Source of the DNA: Sedimentisphaerales bacterium
GTDB taxonomy: Bacteria > Planctomycetota > Phycisphaerae > Sedimentisphaerales > SM23-30
Reading direction: 5' to 3'
DNA length: 64,000 nucleotides
NCBI GenBank assembly: GCA_963663965.2
Contig: CAXXFK010000001.1
Span: 256,001-320,000, forward strand
Notes under the pieces: model-generated
The model's database searches: none
Told to the model about the DNA's origin: nothing
Seen by the model: only the letters and a program-made list of their open reading frames with translations
Shown: piece by piece, positions 29,260-40,224 of the stretch
Numbering within the stretch: the stretch's first letter is position 1
Layout: each line of letters begins with the position of its first letter
Made by a program: the position numbers and the translations under genes

Positions 29260-30765
29260 ATGAATCTGAAAAATTATCCGGACAAACATAAATACCGCGT
29301 CATCCTGGTGTTTCGACTGATTATCATTCTGATCGCATCCGGTTTTTTAGTGGGCATGCTCCCTCTCACCCGCCCAACCACAGCCAAACCCAAAGCGGAC
29401 CTGGTAATTGACGATTTCAATAAAACCCCAGGCCAGAATAAACCCGAATGGGAACTCATCACCGACAATGTCATGGGGGGAAAATCAACCGGAAACATAG
29501 AGCTGAAAAAAACTGAAAAAGAAAAGGACAACCACTTTTTACACCTGACCGGAACCGTTTCTCTGGAAAACAATGGTGGTTTTATCCAGGCCAGTCGGAT
29601 TCTTGGCGAAAAAAACAAACCACTCAATGGGAGCGATTATGAGGGGGTTGTGATTCGGGTCAAAGGTAATGGCGAGACCTACGCGATCCATTTAAAGAGC
29701 AATCAGACCACACAACCCTGGCAGTTTTATCAGGCAGATTTTATCGCTAAGGATACCTGGGAAGAAATTAAACTTCCATTCCAGCAATTCAAACCCTATG
29801 CTATCGATCAAAATCTGAATACCTCTACGCTTAAAAGTATCGCTATAGTGGCCATCAACAAGGCTTTTGACGCCGATTTAATGATTGATCGTATCGGCCT
29901 ATACCACAAGGAGCCCCTCATGTTAAATGAACTAACCGATTTCGAAAAACATGTCATTCTGAATAAAGGCACTGAACGGCCCGGTACCGGGGAATATACC
30001 GACCTGTTCGAACCGGGCGTCTATGCCTGCAAACAGTGCCGGACGCCGTTGTTCGAATCGGGCAGCAAGTTTCATTCCGGTTGTGGCTGGCCCAGCTTTG
30101 ACGATGCCCTGCCAGACAAGGTACTACGTCAGCGAGATGCCGACGGCATGCGAATTGAAATCATCTGTGCCACCTGTGGCGCGCACCTGGGTCATGTTTT
30201 CGAAGGGGAAGGTTTTACCTCTAAAAATACGCGACATTGTGTCAATTCGGTCTCGATGATATTTATCCCCGAAGTCGAAGTCGGCATGGAACGCGCAATA
30301 TTCGCCTCTGGGTGTTTCTGGGGTGTGCAGCACTGGCTGGATAAAGCGCCGGGAGTTATTCGCACGACGGTCGGATATACTGGCGGCCATGTCATGGCCC
30401 CTACCTATAAACAGGTCTGTACCGGAACGACCGGCCACGCAGAAGCCGTTGAAGTCATTTTCGATCCCAAAAAGACCTCGTACGAAACCGTTGCCAAACT
30501 CTTCTTTGAAACCCACGACTTCACCCAACTGGACCGCCAGGGGCCCGATATTGGCCATCAGTATCGCTCAGGTATTTTCTACCTGAACGATGAACAAAAG
30601 CAAACGGCCGAGAAACTGATCGATCAACTTAAAAAGATGGGCTATGATGTTAAAACCGAAGTGACACCCGCTTCACGGTTCTGGCCGGCTGAGGATTACC
30701 ATCAGGATTACTACGAACACAAAGGCACCCTGCCCTACTGCCATAACTATCGAAAGATTTTCTAA
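29260..30765 (+). CDS. msrAB: Signal-anchor + CIA30-like domain fused to methionine sulfoxide reductases MsrB and MsrA
   Basis: TDNVMGGKS/SLENNGGF (CIA30); GTERP, CKQC, GCGWPSF, HLGHVF, RHCVNS (MsrB); GCFWG, TGHAE, QYRS, AEDYHQDY (MsrA). Confidence 0.9.
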   Translation: MNLKNYPDKHKYRVILVFRLIIILIASGFLVGMLPLTRPTTAKPKADLVIDDFNKTPGQNKPEWELITDNVMGGKSTGNIELKKTEKEKDNHFLHLTGTVSLENNGGFIQASRILGEKNKPLNGSDYEGVVIRVKGNGETYAIHLKSNQTTQPWQFYQADFIAKDTWEEIKLPFQQFKPYAIDQNLNTSTLKSIAIVAINKAFDADLMIDRIGLYHKEPLMLNELTDFEKHVILNKGTERPGTGEYTDLFEPGVYACKQCRTPLFESGSKFHSGCGWPSFDDALPDKVLRQRDADGMRIEIICATCGAHLGHVFEGEGFTSKNTRHCVNSVSMIFIPEVEVGMERAIFASGCFWGVQHWLDKAPGVIRTTVGYTGGHVMAPTYKQVCTGTTGHAEAVEVIFDPKKTSYETVAKLFFETHDFTQLDRQGPDIGHQYRSGIFYLNDEQKQTAEKLIDQLKKMGYDVKTEVTPASRFWPAEDYHQDYYEHKGTLPYCHNYRKIF

Positions 30766-30771
30766 ACGCAA

Positions 30772-31485
30772 TTACTGAGCGATTGCCAGTCCATAGGGAC
30801 AATATTTTCTGAGCTCACATGAATCACATTCAGGCTTGCGTGCGTTACAGACCCGGCGGCCATGCCAGATCAGACGATGACTGAATAGCGTCCACTGCTT
30901 TTGAGGTATCAGTTCCATCAGGTTGTTTTCCAGTTTTACCGGATCGGCATGATTCGACAGAGCCAGCAACCGAGACAAACGGATCACATGGGTATCGGTT
31001 GTGATTCCCGGCACGCCAAAGGCATCGCCTAAAATCACATTGGCAGTTTTTCGGCCTACCCCGGGCAATTTAACCAGTTCATCCAGATTATCAGGCAACT
31101 GACCGCCGTAATCGCGCTCAATCACACCACAGGCCTGCTGAATGTTTTTAGCTTTGTTTCGGAAAAATCCGGTGGATTTAATATCCTGCTCCAAGTCTTC
31201 CGCAGGGGCTTTGGCATAATCAGCCGCAGAGCGATATTTCTTGAACAGCGCCGGGGTCACCATATTGACCCGAACGTCGGTACACTGTGCCGACAGCACG
31301 GTGGCCACGAACAGTTCCAGCGGATTGGAATAATTTAATTCGCAATGCGCGTCGGGATAGAGTTTTTTTAATCCGGCCAGGATCGGCTTGATCCGCTCGG
31401 GTGCAGTCGCAATATCTTTGGGGGTTGGTTTAAAGGTTTTCGGAGTAACCGCTTTCTCTTTGGCCATAAAAATTTGCTGCCTCAT
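30772..31485 (-). CDS. nth: Endonuclease III
   Basis: LSAQCTD.RVN, LPGVGRKTANV HhH motif, C-terminal C-X6-C-X2-C-X5-C Fe-S motif. Confidence 0.96.
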   Translation of the reverse strand: MRQQIFMAKEKAVTPKTFKPTPKDIATAPERIKPILAGLKKLYPDAHCELNYSNPLELFVATVLSAQCTDVRVNMVTPALFKKYRSAADYAKAPAEDLEQDIKSTGFFRNKAKNIQQACGVIERDYGGQLPDNLDELVKLPGVGRKTANVILGDAFGVPGITTDTHVIRLSRLLALSNHADPVKLENNLMELIPQKQWTLFSHRLIWHGRRVCNARKPECDSCELRKYCPYGLAIAQ

Positions 31486-31679
31486 TTATTAGCTAGTGGT
31501 TCATGCGCCTTGCGGCCATAGACTTTTTCATAAGCCCGGCATTGCGGACAAAACGCACCTTCGATCTTTCTGACAAACCAGAAGAAAAAACCTTTCTGGT
31601 CTTTGCGAGCCTTCTTACACACCGGGCAATTCAGACATCCCAGCGCCAGTTTGCGGTCTTTTTCGGTGATTACTGCCAT
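31482..31679 (-). CDS. Small Cys-rich hypothetical protein
   Basis: CLNCPVC..CPQC; GGAG SD; ATGA overlap with nth. Confidence 0.7.
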   Translation of the reverse strand: MAVITEKDRKLALGCLNCPVCKKARKDQKGFFFWFVRKIEGAFCPQCRAYEKVYGRKAHEPLANK

Positions 31680-31692
31680 GGCATCACACTCC

Positions 31693-33597
31693 TTATTTAG
31701 CGGCAGCCATATCCAGAGCCTTTACTGCCATATTAAGCGTATAGACATCACGTAACACAATCGGCCGCAGAGGATCGTTGCCCGGAAATATCGCAGTAAA
31801 GGGAATACTCTGCGATCCCAGCCGCGTCAACAGTTCTTTGATCGCCGGATCATCACGAGTCAGATCGGCAATAATCAGTTTGGTATTCGTTTCATCGAGT
31901 TTGGCCTTGAACTCATCCCGTTTTAACACGGCCAGTTCGACCGCCTTGCAATTAGGACACCAGTCGGCCGTAAACTCAACCATCACCGTCTGAGCGGCGT
32001 CATGCAGAGGCAGTAACTCAGCGACCAGCCAGTTGACCGATTGTTCTGCCACCGGGACATCGCCAATATCGGTCGAGGTTGTTTGCGGTTTATGCTGCCA
32101 GAACAGCCAGGTGGCATAGCCAATAACAGCCAACGCTATCAAACGGGTCATACCCCGCCGAACTGCCGGAGTATTGAAATCAACCGCCTTGAGCCCCAGC
32201 CAGATGGCAAACGCCACCACCACGCAATACACCGTCAAAGGCACAAACCAGGCCGGAGGAAACAGGCTGATCAGGTAAATACAAACACCCAGCATGACAA
32301 AACTGAGTCCCTCTTTCAGCCGGATCATCCAGGTACCGGCCTTGGGAATGCGATTGAGCAACCTGGGAAAAGCCGTTAATAAGACGTAAGGAGCCGCCAT
32401 TCCTACTCCCACCATCAGGAATACTCCAATGGTAACCGGCGTGGGACGACTGAGCGACCAGACCAGTACCGGCCCCAGTAGCGGCGCGCTGCACGGCGTT
32501 GCCAGCAAAGTTGCCATGATCCCCATGCCCAGCGATCCGGCATAGCCCTGTTTCACAATGCCGACATTAGTCATCTTCGCCGGTAGAACAATCTCAAACA
32601 GCCCCATCATGGACAAAGTTAAAATAAATATAATGCCCAGCATGATGAATTTAAAGACATCGCTCTGAAATTGCTGGCCGTAGAAAAGCTTAAAACCGCT
32701 CATGACTGCCGCCAGAATCACAAAGACCAGGATAATCCCAATGCTGAAAACCAGTGAGAGTTTCAACGATTTGAATTTATCGCCGGTGCCATCGCCGGAC
32801 TGGGCCTGCTGAATAATAGACAGGACTTTTAACGGGATCACCGGCAGTACACACGGCATGATATTCAATATTAAGCCGGCGATAAACGCCAGTAAAATAG
32901 CCTTGAATCCGGTCATGGTCATCCCGCTGAATTCGACCGGTTGATAATCCGGAATCGCCACAGATGGAACGGTTGTTTCAGTCGATTCACTGGTATCACT
33001 GGTCTCAGGTTGCACCGACTCAACTGTTTTTGCGGGCTTTTCAGGTTCCAGCCATTCAACCAAGGACAGATCCAGATTTTTGAACAGGGCATCTTCTGAA
33101 GCCACCGATTCGGTAGCAATTTTCAATTCATACTGGCTATTGGTCTCCCAGGGAATACAACTGCCATCGTCGGTACAATACAGACCATTAAACGCCAGAT
33201 CGATCTTCAAGCTGTCCCGGGCATCCACTGGCACTTCCAACGGCAGATAAATGGTCACCTTGCCTTCATAGATATGGTTGGAAGCATTCAATAATTTATC
33301 GACGTAACGTTTACCAACAGGATAAACAGGTTTACCAAACTTAACACCTGGCGCCGAGGGTTTCACTTCGGTATCAATCCCCAGATCACCCTGACGAGGA
33401 TTGGCGTATAAATGGCCGCTTGCTGGAAGGTCCAGTTGTATCGCCAGAAACAGTTGCTGACCTGGAGCGGCCGGTGAATACTGGGCGCTGGTATTAATTC
33501 CAATTTTCACCCCCGCGCCGTATTGGCCGTATAGCGGGACCGCAATAACGATCAACACCAATAATATCAATAAGTTATACGATTTTTTCTGAATCAT
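31693..33597 (-). CDS. dsbD: DsbD-family thiol:disulfide interchange protein
   Basis: N-domain C.DDGSC, LNIMPCVLPV, LATPCSAP, C-terminal thioredoxin FTADWCPNC. Confidence 0.9.
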   Translation of the reverse strand: MIQKKSYNLLILLVLIVIAVPLYGQYGAGVKIGINTSAQYSPAAPGQQLFLAIQLDLPASGHLYANPRQGDLGIDTEVKPSAPGVKFGKPVYPVGKRYVDKLLNASNHIYEGKVTIYLPLEVPVDARDSLKIDLAFNGLYCTDDGSCIPWETNSQYELKIATESVASEDALFKNLDLSLVEWLEPEKPAKTVESVQPETSDTSESTETTVPSVAIPDYQPVEFSGMTMTGFKAILLAFIAGLILNIMPCVLPVIPLKVLSIIQQAQSGDGTGDKFKSLKLSLVFSIGIILVFVILAAVMSGFKLFYGQQFQSDVFKFIMLGIIFILTLSMMGLFEIVLPAKMTNVGIVKQGYAGSLGMGIMATLLATPCSAPLLGPVLVWSLSRPTPVTIGVFLMVGVGMAAPYVLLTAFPRLLNRIPKAGTWMIRLKEGLSFVMLGVCIYLISLFPPAWFVPLTVYCVVVAFAIWLGLKAVDFNTPAVRRGMTRLIALAVIGYATWLFWQHKPQTTSTDIGDVPVAEQSVNWLVAELLPLHDAAQTVMVEFTADWCPNCKAVELAVLKRDEFKAKLDETNTKLIIADLTRDDPAIKELLTRLGSQSIPFTAIFPGNDPLRPIVLRDVYTLNMAVKALDMAAAK

Positions 33598-34108
33598 GAA
33601 TCGCTCTCCTGATTATGCTCAATTTTGACTGCTTACTTAATATACTATCCCCTCCAATTCAAGAAAACGTAATTTCCCGGTAAAAATTAATTATGTCTCA
33701 GGCCTCCTACATTTTTATCCACATATCCTCTTGCTAACAAATCACTTAAGACATGCCTATTTCTAAATCTTTCAAGCCGGACTCCATTACGCTATCAATC
33801 GGATCGATATCATGCCTTCTTCCAGCATGATTCATCCTACTATCATTCATTATGAAATATTATCGTTATGCGAACGGTTAGCATTACATGCGGAACACTA
33901 TTTTAATCGGTGACTTGAAAATACCTGATTTGTGAAAGACAAACTACTCGATGTTTGCCATGAATGTCATTTCGACTAAAGTAATACAGAGATTCCCTTA
34001 AGTGTTCTTACCCCGCGGTTACTACCCAAATTTATTCAAATGTCGAACTCGTTTTATGCCAGTCAGAAGAAAAACAACGTGTGAACAAGTGGGTTTAATA
34101 ATGACAAG

Positions 34109-35625
34109 TCATTTGCTTTTTATCATATAACTGTCAGCCATATCGCTTTTATGGAGACCGCCTGTTTCAGCTTCAGGCAGACAGGGCCGAACGTAATCAA
34201 CCGTAGCCTGGGCATCAGAAACGGAAACCCGCAAATACCCCGAATTGGGCAGGATATTGCCAGCGGCATAGCCGTAACTAATCGCCTGTCCAACATTCTT
34301 GAAATTCGAATGACTGGGTTGGGGAACATAGACTGATAAATAATCCCGTCAAGTTCCTGTTTTGCATAAAAATGGTCATGTCCGTGAAAAAAGATCGTTA
34401 CATGGTTGTCTGTCATAAGCTGATGAACCGGTTTGTTCCAACCGGTTCTTTTTGCATCAAAACCCCACGTGCCATCTTTATTAAAGCCACCCATCTCATA
34501 ATATTTAACCCATTCAATTCCGCCCCGCCCCTCCTCACCTCCACCGACCAGATGATGGCAGAACACAAACTTGAATTTTGCCTCGCTTTTTCCAAGGGTT
34601 TCTTTGAACCAGTCATATTGCTGCTTTCCGAGCGTCCAACCCCAGTTATCGATAGCCTTGCCTGGTTTTTTAACAGTGTACCAATATGGATCGAGCACAA
34701 CAAACAGAGCATCTCCCCATGTCCAGGCATAATAATCTTCGGGGAAGCCCACATGTTTTTCCACGGTGCTATTGCCAGAATAGAAATCGTCCGGCCGGGG
34801 ATTGGGAAAATATATTTTTCTGTTTTTGGCTGCCTGAACGGTGATATTATTTTCTGTTCCATCCAGTTTCCATCCACTTTCACCGTCATGATTGCCAAGA
34901 ACCAGATAAAGTGGAACAGAATGAGTGATAAGGCTAAAAAAACCTCTTTGCATCAAATATCTGTTTTGGATTTTACGGTTATTCATTTCACCAAGTTTAT
35001 CGGTCATAAAAGTATCGCCCAGATCAATCATAAAGTCTGGGGTATCGGCAAGCTCGTTTGACAGAGTTCTTTTATATAGCTCTATATCGGATTGCTCATC
35101 AAGGTGGGAATCAGCCTGTACTACGAAACAAAAATCACTGCCTTGAGTTCTGCATGTGTGAAAATTATATTGCGATGAAGCGGTAAAATCACCTTCCGTT
35201 GTATTTTTTATGAGAACACGATAATTGTATCTTGAATTAGATTTAAGTCCATTGATTGTTATGTTTTCAGCGTGATGAGCCGACAACTTGTAGATACTGG
35301 TTTTGTCGCTGTACTTTGAATTGCACAGCCCATACTCAATATAGAACTCCATATCGTCAGGAGCATATACATTCAGTGTAATTGAACTATCTGTAGGTTT
35401 TCCACAAACAATCCCCTGCGGCATTTCAATCAACAAAAGACCTTGGTCAGATTTATAGTCAGGTTTTTTTCTTCCTTGTACTGGTTTATTGTTCTCTTTT
35501 GAAAATACATTACTGGTCATTATAAATGATACAACAGCCCATATCAGGAAAACGGTAAGAACTGTTTTGGTATTTCGATTCAGAAATTCACCTTGCAATT
35601 GTGTAGCTATATGCCAATTCACCAT
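34109..35625 (-). CDS. Secreted FN3 + calcineurin-like metallophosphoesterase (frameshift near 34330)
   Basis: ADSH, DLGDTF, GNHD, HGHDH motifs; the C-terminus continues in another frame (VPQPSH..GYLRV.V..VDYVR) to TGA 34109. Confidence 0.8.
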
Positions 35626-37049
35626 TTTTGTGCCGATCCGTTTCGTCTCTGGGCAGCCAGGATCTGAGGTAATCCACTTTAACCTGTTCTGGCGAAACGG
35701 TAATTTTCAGATATCCGGTACCCGGCAACTTTACGCCCGATTTATAGGCCTGCTCGTTGTTTGTTACATATTGCGGATTAGCAGGGTCTGGCAGAGTTTG
35801 GTAGACCACTCCGTCAAGTTCCTGTTTTGCAAAGATGTGATCATGACCTTGAAAGAAAATCGTTACATTATTTTTTGCCATAAGCTGATGGATCGGCAAT
35901 TCCCATCCGGGACGTTTCTGGTCAAACTCCGATTGACCCTGCCTGTTTCTACCCCCCCCATTCGTATAGATCGGCTTGCTCAATACCGCCTCTGCCGGTT
36001 CCAAGAACATGGTGAGTGAAGACAAACTTGTACTTTGCCTTGCTTTGCTCAAGGGTCTGTTTGAACCATTTATACTGAGTATCACCGAGGGTGATTGCCC
36101 ACATATCGCGTCCCTTCGGTCTCGGACCTCCGCCAAAGACATTGTCCACCGGGTCAGCGCTGTGCCAGTAAGGATCGATCACAACCAATAAGGCGTCACC
36201 CCAGGTCCAGGCGTAGTAGTCTCTTAATTTGCCGATAAATTCCACCGGTTCCATATCGCCGGTATAAAAACCATCAGGGGCCGGTTGCGGATAATACAAA
36301 TTGCGGGCATTTTGCGCCCAGACGGCAACGCTGTTTGGCGTGCCGTCCAGATTGCAGGCCGCGGCCTGCTCGTGGTTGCCGTTCACTAGAAAAATTGGCG
36401 ATGAGTGTCCAACCAACCCCAGGAATGGACGTTGAAGAAGATAACGTCCGGTAACGGTCTGGGCATTGACGATTCTTAATGTATCGACGCTGAAATCATC
36501 ACCGATTGTCATATAAAAATCAGGGTGTTCAGAAACGGCGTTAAGCAGAGTTCTGGCATATAATTCAGGGGCGTTTTGATGTGGTCGTTCGGGATGAGAA
36601 TCGCCCTGTATGGCAAAACTAAAATTGCTTCCAGGCGGCCGCTGTGTGTGAAAGCTGTATTCAGAAAAAGATTGCACCAACCGATTGCCATGAAATCTGT
36701 AGAAGTAAAGCGTGTTGGACGTCAAATTGTCAAGAACAACTGTTGTCGGTTTTCCAGCCGGTATCTCAAAAGCGTCTGTTTTATTGGTATATTGGCCGGA
36801 ATAGGTGCCATACTCTATATAACCATTCAAGTTCTCCACAGACAGGACGCTGACAATCACCGACTTGTCTGTGGGGCAGCCCAGTAGAAAAGACAACTGA
36901 GCTGTTTTTGTTGCTTCTGCAGGCAGTGCAAACTCTCGCGGATTCTTATCCCCGTGTTCATACCGGGCTTTCTCCTCTTTGGCGAAGGCCGGCAGGCAAA
37001 TCACAATGACGGCAATCATCAAAGCCACTGAAACGGTCTGGCGTCTCAT
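35588..37049 (-). CDS. Secreted FN3 + calcineurin-like metallophosphoesterase (frameshift in G8 run, 35952-35959)
   Basis: GDSH, GDDF, GNHE, QGHDH; paralog of the downstream gene; ORFs 35949-37049 and 35588-36142 join at EWGG. Confidence 0.8.
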
Positions 37050-38383
37050 TTATCAGTTCCTTTCGGGCTGAAGAAAAAAGTTTCCACATTATTTAGAATC
37101 GGCTGGTCCCGAACCGGGCTTGAATACATGTAATAGGGCGCATTTTGATAACCTTCGAGGTTGCGCAATTTCATTAAAGCGGCTAGCTGCTCTTTCGTAA
37201 GGGTCTGATTGATCCTGGCAAATGCCATGGCATAATGCCATGCCATTTCACCATCCAGTTCACCGTAACGATGCCCCAGGCTCAAAATTTTCGCCTTGTC
37301 CGGCGTCTGGTCATCCATAAACTGACGCAGTTCCTGCGATATACTTTTGCGAACCTCTATCACTTCCGTCAACAATGGCCGCTGTTCATCTACGACTGGG
37401 CTAATCAAAGCTCTTTGCCGCTCATTCAATACCTCATAGAGAAAAGCCTCGCCGCTGTCGCCGGTGACTGAAGTGCTGATATCATAATCCCTTTTCCCCA
37501 TCGCAGGCATATCTTTCATATAAAATCCGCCAAAATAAGTACCATGCCGCTCGGGGCAAAAATAAGTATCCGCTTCAACAGAGCCGGCCGTCCAGCTGAA
37601 AAATTCGCTGACATAAGTCATATAAGCCACATTGAACATCTTGGATTTTCCGCGGCCCTGTTCCCTCATCTTGTCACGTTCATCCATTTCCGGCCATGTA
37701 TTAAAATCGCCGAATTTCATCTTGCCCAAATAAACCTTCTGTTCCGGACTTAAGGATAAATACACTTTTGCCATCGCCTCAGCCCTTTCCAGGCTAAGTT
37801 GTGCGTCAAAAACGAATATCTCAGCCACACAGTTTACAACGGCATCTTTATTAAGTCCGACACTGCCAGATGGAATATGATTATCCCGCTCCATACAGAA
37901 CGCCTTGATCAGAGGCAGCCGCATCATGGCCAGTTTCTCAAGTTGCGGCGCCTGCTTCTGGGCCAGATCCAAAAACATCTGCTTTTGCCGGTCATCGAGT
38001 ATATGCATGACATTTCCTGCCACCCGATTGAGAAAGATCGGATTATGCCCTTTCTGCCGGACGTCGATATCCCGCATATACTGAAATCCAAAGAAATCGC
38101 ATACCTTGCCGGGAGGGATAAACGTGCACGCACCGAAATCACCGGTCAAAAAAGCCAGGCCATTGAATGCGATGGTATGCATTTGCGCCTTATCGCTGAC
38201 CGCCTGCTCGATGGAATACTTATTTTGCGGTTCTTTGTTGCCACCTCTACCTTCATTTTTTTGCTGACGATAATTCTGTCTCGGGGGATTATTATCAGCA
38301 AGACAGGTTTCAGATACCAAGAAAATCGAAAACAAACATATAAACATCTTTATAATGCAATTTTTATTAAAACCTGTTTTCAT
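37046..38383 (-). CDS. Secreted alpha-helical hypothetical protein with four LxxxQ (Spy/CpxP-like) motifs
   Basis: Signal peptide; LDDRQ, LSPEQ, LNERQ, LTKEQ; ATGA overlap with the next gene. Confidence 0.7.
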   Translation of the reverse strand: MKTGFNKNCIIKMFICLFSIFLVSETCLADNNPPRQNYRQQKNEGRGGNKEPQNKYSIEQAVSDKAQMHTIAFNGLAFLTGDFGACTFIPPGKVCDFFGFQYMRDIDVRQKGHNPIFLNRVAGNVMHILDDRQKQMFLDLAQKQAPQLEKLAMMRLPLIKAFCMERDNHIPSGSVGLNKDAVVNCVAEIFVFDAQLSLERAEAMAKVYLSLSPEQKVYLGKMKFGDFNTWPEMDERDKMREQGRGKSKMFNVAYMTYVSEFFSWTAGSVEADTYFCPERHGTYFGGFYMKDMPAMGKRDYDISTSVTGDSGEAFLYEVLNERQRALISPVVDEQRPLLTEVIEVRKSISQELRQFMDDQTPDKAKILSLGHRYGELDGEMAWHYAMAFARINQTLTKEQLAALMKLRNLEGYQNAPYYMYSSPVRDQPILNNVETFFFSPKGTDK

Positions 38384-38454
38384 GGCTATTCCTTTTTTCA
38401 TTGGCGAGCTGAATCATAGATAACTTATGGCGTTTATTGCCAATTCTGTTTATA

Positions 38455-38535
38455 ATTGCCTGACCGATATGGATCGGGGACAAAAATATCGAAAAATATT
38501 AAATAATTGTCCCCGCAGAAGAACTTTGCAACAAT
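38455..38535. promoter_or_regulatory. Back-to-back putative ECF promoters TTGTCCCCG-N16-CAAT on both strands
   Basis: CGGGGACAA 38475-38483 and TTGTCCCCG 38507-38515, each followed after exactly 16 nt by CAAT on its own strand. Confidence 0.7.
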
Positions 38536-38570
38536 ATATTGGAAACAGCTGGTTTTGCAGAAATTCGCTT

Positions 38571-39125
38571 ATGATGAAAAAAATCCATAGAAATCAGGCC
38601 AAAGCGATCTTCGAGATTCTTATTCGAGAGAACGAGGCCATGCTGATGACCTATCTGCGGGCTGTAATACGCGATAGATCTACCATAGACGACCTGTTCC
38701 AGGAGACGATGCTTGTCGCATGGCAAAAGCTTAATGAATATGACAGGACCAGGCCATTTGGACCGTGGTTGCGAGGTATTGCCTCAAAACTTGTAATGGT
38801 TTATTTCCGCAAAGTGAAATCAGATATTATGATTTTCGAAAGCGAAACCCTGGAATACCTCGACCGCCAGTTGGAGCTTATCAGTGAAAATCCCGGTGAT
38901 ACCTGGAATGAAAAGATTTCGGCCTTATCGCATTGCATTGAGACGTTATCTGATCATTATCGGCAAGCAATACATCTTCGTTATTTTGAGCATAATTCTA
39001 TATTGCAGATTGCATCCGTCTCAAATACCGCAGTTGAAACCATCAAAAAGCGTCTTCAAAGGGCAAGGGCACAATTGTTTAATTGCCTGAGACATAAAAA
39101 GATAGTTATGGAGCCCCCCTTATGA
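38571..39125 (+). CDS. ECF sigma-70 factor
   Basis: DDLFQET.LVAWQKL..YD.TRPFGPWLRGIA, L.HCIE.L, TIKKRLQRAR; start placed downstream of the promoter motif. Confidence 0.9.
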   Translation: MMKKIHRNQAKAIFEILIRENEAMLMTYLRAVIRDRSTIDDLFQETMLVAWQKLNEYDRTRPFGPWLRGIASKLVMVYFRKVKSDIMIFESETLEYLDRQLELISENPGDTWNEKISALSHCIETLSDHYRQAIHLRYFEHNSILQIASVSNTAVETIKKRLQRARAQLFNCLRHKKIVMEPPL

Positions 39126-40176
39126 TAACGGAATTCAATAACCATGAATATGACGATATTGATGAATTAACCGGCGAGTGGTTTGATAGTGATCCGGAAG
39201 ATTCTTTAAATTCTAATACTTTCCAGGTTAAAAGATACTTTGATAAAAAGCAAATTCGTCGGGCTTCCGAATTACAACTTATTCATTCACTACTTTTGCA
39301 GTTAGCCGACAGAGATGAAGTAGCAAAAGAACGCAGAATACTGAATCTGATGCAGAAGATTGACACGGATATAAAGATTTCTGAACTATTTTATCGTGTG
39401 AACCGACCTCGCATTCGCTATGGAATTGCTACGGTATTCATTATATTGATGGTATTCTTGTTTACACAACTTCCAGGCAATACCGCCCTGGCTGCGATTA
39501 ACAAAATGATCGTTGCAATCGACAATGCAGGAGACCGCACCTATTCAATTCGTGTTGAGGATAGTCAAAAAGGCCGTCAACACACCCAACCCGATCCATC
39601 ACAACAGAGGAAAGAAAAAGAAGGCGAACAAGCGGAACTCGATGGGGCCACCCTTTACCTGAGAGGCAATCATCAGTTCGTGTTGTATCGTTCAACACCA
39701 TCTGGTAAAACTGTGATCAATGGCAGCGATGGACAAACTAACTGGCATATCCGTCCCGATAAACCCGTATTAGTCAGCAATAACCCGGAAGCATTTCGGA
39801 TTCCGATGCCGCCGGAATTAACGGCAATATTATCGCTTGATTTAAAATCCACCCTGATTCATATCCGCAACCACTACAAGGTCAAATATCTCACAGACAT
39901 TAGCGATGATCCAAAAAACGCATCACAAATGGATATATTTGGACACGCAAAAAATCAGCAAAAATTTCCCTGGTCCGAAAAACATTATAATCCGGGCAGA
40001 TTCGATCACGGGGCTTTTACTAAGAATTGAATTTATAAATGTTCACCTGCAAGGCAATCCGTCACCCAAGATATTGATTATTGAATTAAAAAAAACAAAC
40101 CCTGTTACCTGATAATTGGTTTACCAGACAAGCCCATCATCCTCAGGAGGCCGTAATAAGCTCGGTTCCAGAATAG
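39122..40176 (+). CDS. Putative single-TM anti-sigma factor with LolA-like extracytoplasmic domain (two frameshifts in A runs)
   Basis: Overlaps the sigma stop; TM helix; DRTY.I, GSDG..W; frames switch near 39915 and 40090 and end in LPDNWF..HH..TAG 40176. Confidence 0.6.
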
Positions 40177-40224
40177 CGAGGAATTCATTTCGACCAATAT
40201 AGGGTAAAACCGTTTTAACTTCAG

